The notes below the pieces were generated by a model, which saw only the letters and a list, made by a program, of their open reading frames with translations, ran no database searches and was not told the origin of the DNA. Shown in pieces: positions 58,322 to 64,000 of a DNA stretch of 64,000 nt; position 1 is the stretch's first letter; each line of letters starts with the position of its first letter. The stretch comes from a virus. A program made the position numbers and the translations under genes. The stretch is from IMG/VR virus record IMGVR_UViG_3300044846_001842, positions 16,107 through 80,106 of that record, one strand, 5' to 3'.

Positions 58322-59224
58322 TTATTTGTTTTTAAATTGTTTAATAATTTCTACTCTTTTTTCTTCATACTTTTGATGTAAATCGGTATCTTCTCTGTAA
58401 ATTGGTCTTAACCTTTCTAATAAATCAATTAACTCACTATACTTATTCTTGTCTTGTTCTTGTTGCCATTGATATGCAAATCCAATCATTAAATCTTGGA
58501 TTTCCCATTCATAATGTTCTCTTGGAATATTTGACTCATCAATATTATCTTCATAATATCTTTTAGCAGCTTCTTCAAGTGTTTCTTGTTTAGGTATGTC
58601 TAATCTAATTTCATTTAATCCAGAATCATCAGGACCATTATTTCCTATGCAACCATTAGGTTCTTCTCTTTTTGTTATTTTAATAGCACAAGGTTCACAC
58701 TGAACTGCTCTTTTATCACCTGTAAATTCTTTTTTACAAGTGATACAAGTACAAGAATAATAACCTGGTGCATAACCACCTATTGGATATTGTTTAGATT
58801 CTTCTTTTGGAATGATGATTTTGTAATTATAAACATATTTGTCTGTTTCAAAATCAAATGACTCAATTTTATTAACATAAATTTCCTCACAACTTGGATT
58901 CTTAACAAACCATTCTAAAAACTCATCATCAATAGCTTGTACACCATCTTTGATTAAGTCTTGGTCAGTTGTTAGGATAATTTTATTACATAAGTCGTCA
59001 ATAATATCTTTTTTTTCTTTTTTAAAGATTTTATTATTGATTTTACTTATACAGTAATCTCCTTCTTTAATTTCTAAATCAGAAGTGATGTGGGTGTTTT
59101 GGTTTGTAAAATCATCATTTCTACTTTGAATTGCTGTTTGTGACATTCCAAATACAAAGTTTCCATTATCTCCTAAATACAACCTACTTGGTTTATCTGT
59201 TGGTAATACGTGTATGTTTTTCAT
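58322..59224 (-). CDS. Hypothetical mosaic protein with Zn-finger module
   Basis: Start at MKNIHV (59224); CxxC...CxxC module; KQETLEEAA segment. Confidence 0.55.
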   Translation of the reverse strand: MKNIHVLPTDKPSRLYLGDNGNFVFGMSQTAIQSRNDDFTNQNTHITSDLEIKEGDYCISKINNKIFKKEKKDIIDDLCNKIILTTDQDLIKDGVQAIDDEFLEWFVKNPSCEEIYVNKIESFDFETDKYVYNYKIIIPKEESKQYPIGGYAPGYYSCTCITCKKEFTGDKRAVQCEPCAIKITKREEPNGCIGNNGPDDSGLNEIRLDIPKQETLEEAAKRYYEDNIDESNIPREHYEWEIQDLMIGFAYQWQQEQDKNKYSELIDLLERLRPIYREDTDLHQKYEEKRVEIIKQFKNK

Positions 59225-59228
59225 AATT

Positions 59229-61112
59229 TTAATGGGCTTCTGCATAGTTCTTACCAATGTCAATACTAATACCTAATGGTACATTAAGACATAATGTTTG
59301 ATTAGTAAGCTCTATAGCTTTGTTTAGTTTTTCTTTTATTGATTCTTGGTCTTCTTTTAAGAAACCAAATCCAATCTCATCATGATACTGTAAGCTTATC
59401 TTGATGCCTTGTTTTCTCACATTTCTAATGTGAGTATCAAAGCAATAAACTCCTGTACCTTGATTGAGAGTACTGAATCTGTCTTTTGGTTGTCTTAAAG
59501 AATACCAAAATCCACTGACAGGGTTGTATAGCCACATTTGGCCTCTAACCTCTTTGTAAACACAGTCATTTACTACTTGTTTAACAGACTTATTTCTTTC
59601 CCAATAAATCTTATGTAGCAATGTGGCATCTTCCAATGACATACCTGTAGTTAAGGCTATCTTTGGTGGGCCTGCTCCATAAATACCTGAAAAGTTTACC
59701 ACTTTAGCCTTGCTTCTAACCTTCTTGTAAGATGTACCTTGTTCTCCATGTGTGGCTTCAAAAAGCTTATGCTCATTAACCTGTTCAGGTGTAAGCATAC
59801 CTGATAGTACAGCAATATCAAGATGAGGGTCAAACCCTGGCACTCTCATTTGTGTTACATAATCAGGATCATAAAAATACATGTAGTGTTGTTTAGTAGT
59901 GTCTTCCAATGAACTCATATCACTACCACAAAAGAGATGGTTATCATCAGGTGCTATAATAGCTCCTCTGATTTCTTTACCATAAGGTTTATCTACACCG
60001 GGTAGATTAGCAACAGGCTTCTTGTGTTTAAATCTAAGAGTATTAGTAAATCCTGCTATCTGAGCTTGCATCTTACCTTGCTCATTAGAGCACTCTAAGA
60101 ATCCATTAAGAACACCAATTCTATGTTGTAACATAAACAATCCCTTTAGATTCTCAAGAACAGGATGTGTTTCAGCTAGCACTATAATATTAGGGCATAG
60201 CTTTTTATCCTTATCTTGTATCTGAGGTATTGCTCTAGTACTATCTCCTTCTTTCACATAGTTAAATACTGTAGGTCTCCAACCTAAGCTGAATAACCAA
60301 GACTTTAACTGTGTTGTTGAGGTTGGATTAGGTTCTTCTGTGGACTTAAGTATAGAAACTTCTCCTTCAAAGTCTGCTTCTAAATCATTATCAGCTAAAA
60401 GTTCTAACCAGCCTATGCCTGCTTTAGTTAGTTCTCCCTTGATATTGAACATTTTAGCAGGTTTCTTCTTAGTTGCCCATTTCTGTACTTTAGGCATTGC
60501 CTCTGATAGATTAGCTTTTCTTTCATCTACAAGAGTATGAAGACTAGCCAATGTTTCTTTACAATATTCCCTGTCAATAGTTAGTGGATTTGCTTCTTGT
60601 TCTGCAGCACAATCTAATTTCCAAGTTAAATAGGCCATAAGTCTATGATAGTCCTCACTCTGATATATCTCTTTCAAATAATTGATGAAATTACCAAGAA
60701 TGATACTATTAATCACAACATCTGTTCTACATCTATTGATGTAATCTTCTGGTTGAAGGTTTTCCCAATCTGTGATTACTGGTTTGGCTACTCCTACTCT
60801 TTCACCCCATACTTCTAAGCCATGCTCTGCTTCATTTGGATACAAATACCAAGACAATGCCAAAGTATCTATTACAGAGCCTGTATGCTTATATCCTGTA
60901 AGCTTTTCAATAGCAGGAAAGTCATATCTTTTGATGTTATGACCTACAAGCATAGCTTGTCCACTTAGAAAGTTAGCCAATTCCCAAGGATTTGTAATGA
61001 CAGTTTCTCCTATTAATTGGTTATCTTCATAAGTATGAGCTACAAGACAATGAAGTCTAGTGAGTTGTTCAAGTAAACCATCTGTCTCCACATCAAACAC
61101 GCAGTATCTCAT
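59229..61112 (-). CDS. polA: Family A DNA polymerase with 3'-5' exonuclease (T7-like)
   Basis: FDVET, GHNIKRYD; motif A GSDMSSLE, motif B RSKAKVVNFSGIYG, motif C YHDE. Confidence 0.95.
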   Translation of the reverse strand: MRYCVFDVETDGLLEQLTRLHCLVAHTYEDNQLIGETVITNPWELANFLSGQAMLVGHNIKRYDFPAIEKLTGYKHTGSVIDTLALSWYLYPNEAEHGLEVWGERVGVAKPVITDWENLQPEDYINRCRTDVVINSIILGNFINYLKEIYQSEDYHRLMAYLTWKLDCAAEQEANPLTIDREYCKETLASLHTLVDERKANLSEAMPKVQKWATKKKPAKMFNIKGELTKAGIGWLELLADNDLEADFEGEVSILKSTEEPNPTSTTQLKSWLFSLGWRPTVFNYVKEGDSTRAIPQIQDKDKKLCPNIIVLAETHPVLENLKGLFMLQHRIGVLNGFLECSNEQGKMQAQIAGFTNTLRFKHKKPVANLPGVDKPYGKEIRGAIIAPDDNHLFCGSDMSSLEDTTKQHYMYFYDPDYVTQMRVPGFDPHLDIAVLSGMLTPEQVNEHKLFEATHGEQGTSYKKVRSKAKVVNFSGIYGAGPPKIALTTGMSLEDATLLHKIYWERNKSVKQVVNDCVYKEVRGQMWLYNPVSGFWYSLRQPKDRFSTLNQGTGVYCFDTHIRNVRKQGIKISLQYHDEIGFGFLKEDQESIKEKLNKAIELTNQTLCLNVPLGISIDIGKNYAEAH

Positions 61113-61115
61113 TGA

Positions 61116-61319
61116 TTAAAAGATTTTATTAATTATCCATTGTTTGAAAGAAACTTTAGTACTTTTAACTTTATACTTTTCTCTCATAAAATTTATGAAC
61201 TCTAGTACATCTTCTTGTATCTCTAAAGGATTTACAGTTGAAGTACTGCAAGAAACATAAACAGAAACAGGATTTTCTCTATCAAGATAAGTGTGTTCTT
61301 TTATTTCAAATTTATTCAT
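61116..61319 (-). CDS. Hypothetical protein
   Basis: Packed ORF. Confidence 0.45.
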   Translation of the reverse strand: MNKFEIKEHTYLDRENPVSVYVSCSTSTVNPLEIQEDVLEFINFMREKYKVKSTKVSFKQWIINKIF

Positions 61320-61322
61320 TGA

Positions 61323-61724
61323 TTAAAAATTAAATAGGTTTCTTTCTTCCATTTCTTTTAAGGCTTTCTCTGCCATAGGCTTAATTAAATAAGTGCCTAA
61401 TACTTCTAAAGCTCTTTCCCTTCTCTCATCTACAGTGAGTACATATTCATTAAGTAATGCTTTTTCTACTCTTTCTTGCATTACCATAAGCTTGTTTGTA
61501 GCATCTTGAGCACTTTGGCCATCAATTTCATCTTGAATTTTAAAGATTTTGCTTATAAACTCTTCAAATTTAGTTTTACCATTTTTTAAAAAAGATTTAA
61601 TAGAACCATACACATATCCTTGTGATTCTAAGAACTCTATCTTTTCAATGATAAGCTGTAATAAAACTACAAATTGTATGTTGTGATCTTGCTCTTTCTT
61701 TTTAAGCTCTTCTTTAGTTAACAT
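61323..61724 (-). CDS. Hypothetical helical protein
   Basis: Packed ORF. Confidence 0.5.
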   Translation of the reverse strand: MLTKEELKKKEQDHNIQFVVLLQLIIEKIEFLESQGYVYGSIKSFLKNGKTKFEEFISKIFKIQDEIDGQSAQDATNKLMVMQERVEKALLNEYVLTVDERRERALEVLGTYLIKPMAEKALKEMEERNLFNF

Positions 61725-62007
61725 AGTCTATCTGATTGATAAACAAATTATTGTATGTTCTTCCTTGTTTTTCAGAACCAATAAAAACAAAACCTATACT
61801 GATTTCATCTCCTTTCCTAATTCCTAACTTTTCTACTCTTGCTATAATAGCATCTCTAACTTCAAAGAAAGCTTTTTGTTCATCTTCAGTGGTTACTGTA
61901 ACAATAGCTCTTTTTTTAGTTGGTCTACCTTCTACTACAATTAGTTCAGGTTTTGACATTCCTTCAAAATACCCTATAAAAGGGGTTAAACTTTTTTTTG
62001 CACTCAT
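61714..62007 (-). CDS. Small OB-fold protein (DUF3127-like)
   Basis: FFEV...GD.I.IGF.F.GSE..GR.YNNL pattern. Confidence 0.55.
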   Translation of the reverse strand: MSAKKSLTPFIGYFEGMSKPELIVVEGRPTKKRAIVTVTTEDEQKAFFEVRDAIIARVEKLGIRKGDEISIGFVFIGSEKQGRTYNNLFINQIDYVN

Positions 62008-62044
62008 GGCTAAATAAATAATGGTTAATAAAAATTAAGGGTTA

Positions 62045-62052
62045 CAAATATA
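62045..62052 (-). promoter_or_regulatory. Bacteroidota -7 promoter element upstream of the replication block
   Basis: TATATTTG just downstream of a terminator in the intergenic region. Confidence 0.5.
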
Positions 62053-62078
62053 TACTTCTCTGCTATAACTCTTAGTGT

Positions 62079-62126
62079 AAAAAAGAAGAAAGTGAGGAAA
62101 TAAGTTCTCACTTTCTGTCTTTTTTT
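62079..62126 (-). terminator. Rho-independent terminator
   Basis: AGAAAGTGAG / CTCACTTTCT stem flanked by A- and T-runs. Confidence 0.7.
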
Positions 62127-62140
62127 GGCTCAATAAAGTA

Positions 62141-62773
62141 CTACAAAGCTTCTTGCTCTGCCATTACAATGTTAGACAATTCTGCCTGCATTGCTGGAGT
62201 TGCATAAAAATCTGCAGCATCAGCAGTTCTCATATCCACATCAGGAGAACCTTCTGATTTAAAGTAAGTTACTCTAAACTGAGGTTTACCATTGTGAGGT
62301 ACAAGTTTTCCTGCTTGTGGATGATCTTTGCTGTATCTCACAGCTTGACCATCAGCAATGATGTCAGTAGATGTTAAACCAGCATCAATACCAGCTTTTT
62401 GACTACTTGACAAAATTGGTTTGTTTGCTAAAATTTTGTAGATAGTAGCATTTGGCAATGTTGCAAGTTTTGCTTGTACAGACTCTAATGTAGAGTCAAC
62501 TGGTACATCAATCCAAGTAACTCTTGTTTCATTCTGTACATAAGGCTCTCCTTCTGCAATACCTAATTGGGCATTAGAAAATGGATTGTCTTTTAATTCA
62601 TTGCTTACAGACTTTGTTGGGTAAAATGACTTTGTAGTCAGAGTCTGTTTTAATTCAGCAGTCATTGTGTTATCTTTTTGATAACTTGCTTTGTAAACTC
62701 TTGACACCATAATAGGTGATGCATTTACTTCTTTTCTGATTCTGCTTTCCGGAGTTGAAACATTTGTTTCCAT
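62141..62773 (-). CDS. Hypothetical protein (own transcription unit)
   Basis: 210-aa ORF followed by a terminator. Confidence 0.6.
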   Translation of the reverse strand: METNVSTPESRIRKEVNASPIMVSRVYKASYQKDNTMTAELKQTLTTKSFYPTKSVSNELKDNPFSNAQLGIAEGEPYVQNETRVTWIDVPVDSTLESVQAKLATLPNATIYKILANKPILSSSQKAGIDAGLTSTDIIADGQAVRYSKDHPQAGKLVPHNGKPQFRVTYFKSEGSPDVDMRTADAADFYATPAMQAELSNIVMAEQEAL

Positions 62774-63053
62774 AATAAATAATTTGATTTAAGTTCTAAA
62801 TACAAGAATAAGAAGGCAATAACTTGCTCTTATATTTAGATTGCGATTTGATTTTTCTTTTGTTGCCTTTTTAATTTAAAAACTAATAAACTTGGTACTA
62901 CAAATTTCCCGAAAGATTTTGCTCCTCTTATTAGCCCAAACCCCAAATACTACAAGCCATTTACTAATCTAGCTCATACTATGTTCAGAGGTATAAAATA
63001 CCACACATAGTTTTGATACAATAGGAGTTCAATCATGTTGATTATGTTTGTAG

Positions 63054-63516
63054 TGGAGGTGGGGGAAGTTGAATCCCCGTATTTAGCATTAGAGTTAAAA
63101 AATTTTATACAGCTTTATTTGTTTGTGATATTCAGTTCCTAATAAACAAATAAACATCGGAACTATTTCAAATTACTATTTAATAAGTATCTTTTAATTC
63201 TGCTGAAATAAGGCAAGAATAGGGCCAACTGATTCTGGTAAAACCAGCAGTAAGCCTCCACCATCTAGTTTTATCCCAAACTAGCAAAAGGGAGTATTAA
63301 CTTAACCTAAGTTATGGTCCTAATCTTTGGCTTAGGCAGCCACAGCTAAATCTACTTCCTTTGAAGTAGACATCAAGTTGTGAACAACTTGCATATTAGC
63401 TTGTATTTGAGCATTCTCTAAAATGTTGCCATTTATTGAAATTTCACCTTAGTTTACAGTTATCTCTCTGGCTGAATTTTTTAATCTTAGATGCTAAAGC
63501 AAAACCCGGCACCCCC
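63054..63516 (-). ncRNA. ssrA: tmRNA
   Basis: 5' GGGGGTG pairs 3' CACCTCC-A with G3-U; T-arm GGGGA-TTCAACT-TCCCC; long P2 pairing; tag ORF 63430-63332 ends LAVAA*. Confidence 0.9.
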
Positions 63517-63575
63517 AATTTGCTTGTCTTTCCAAGCTGTCATTCCTATTATTTTGTAAGGGTGGAACATCCTTA

Positions 63576-63675
63576 TAGTCAGAACAGGATTCGAACCTGT
63601 AACTTTAGCTAAAGCCCTCGAGGATTACGGTTTAACCTACCGCTGCTTTGCGTCTACCAATTCCGCCACCTGACT
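63576..63675 (-). tRNA. Atypical tRNA-like RNA (Leu-type D-arm, enlarged non-canonical anticodon domain)
   Basis: Acceptor AGTCAGG/TCTGACT-A, D-arm GCGGAATTGGTAGACGC, T-arm ACAGG-TTCGAAT-CCTGT; about 49 nt between D and T arms. Confidence 0.7.
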
Positions 63676-63929
63676 ATATTAAACCAAACACACCCATCAA
63701 GATTGGAAATCACATGATGTGCTAACAATTTAATGTCTGATTCTTACTCAACAAACATAACACTTCTTGATAGTGTTGTAATACTTCTCACTTCTGTGAC
63801 TCTCTTTTGCATGTCACCTGTGCGTTGAGCTTATTACATCTCTTTATTAGCTTCTTATCCCTCACTCGAAGTATCCAAGCTGTTAGAATAATATTACCTG
63901 TTTGTCTTTCTGTGTGTTTGATTTAATAT
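63676..63929 (-). ncRNA. Unidentified structured ncRNA (~254 nt)
   Basis: 18-bp terminal helix (one G-U on - strand), nested internal helices, loop-to-3'-end pseudoknot, no ORF in the track. Confidence 0.55.
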
Positions 63930-64000
63930 TATAAACTATTAAGACAGAATGCTATAGCTTGTGAAGCATGGTCTCCCTAAATTATTACTTTAAGTAGTAA

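Noticed and set aside
37370-62017. + strand ORFs in the replication block other than the HNH gene
   Set aside because: Antisense shadows of - strand genes with no recognisable features
63676-63929. RNase P RNA
   Set aside because: Conserved GAGGAAAGUCC and AAnnCGGCUUA segments not found
1-64000. Stop-codon reassignment, as seen in some crAss-like phages
   Set aside because: Very long genes are intact in code 11; TAA, TAG and TGA all end genes; apparent breaks are explained by introns and a split intein

Overview
AT-rich, densely coding 64 kb segment of a crAss-like (Crassvirales-related, podovirus-type) phage. The host is most likely a Bacteroidota/Flavobacteriia species: there are TTTG-N20-TAnnTTTG promoters and no obvious Shine-Dalgarno motifs. 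Standard genetic code 11 reads through every long gene. The + strand (1-34.7 kb) carries tail ring, IHF-like, fibre and lysis genes, the muzzle/stabilisation protein and large ejected cargo proteins, including a 4340-aa virion RNA polymerase (DYDID motif, C-terminal zincin HExxH). A perfect palindrome at ~34.75 kb marks convergence with the - strand block. That block encodes PolA, SF2 and DnaB-like helicases, primase, a Sak4-like ATPase, nucleases, ATP ligase, MazG, GroES and a Tad1-like anti-defence sponge, plus tmRNA, a tRNA-like RNA and an unidentified structured RNA. The ORF track misses several features. Three group I introns can be resolved to the nucleotide, in a ThiF/E1 gene, dnaB and the SF2 helicase. 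A radical-SAM gene is fractured by a split intein with an antisense HNH gene in the gap. The top candidate for a new system is an apparently complete phage-encoded ubiquitin-like conjugation operon (Ubl precursor - E2-like - JAB - intron-split E1). Other oddities are a spanin-like pair with a beta-barrel anchor, a long tmRNA tag, and strong CpG depletion that spares CCGG. All calls come from motif recognition by eye; no searches were run.
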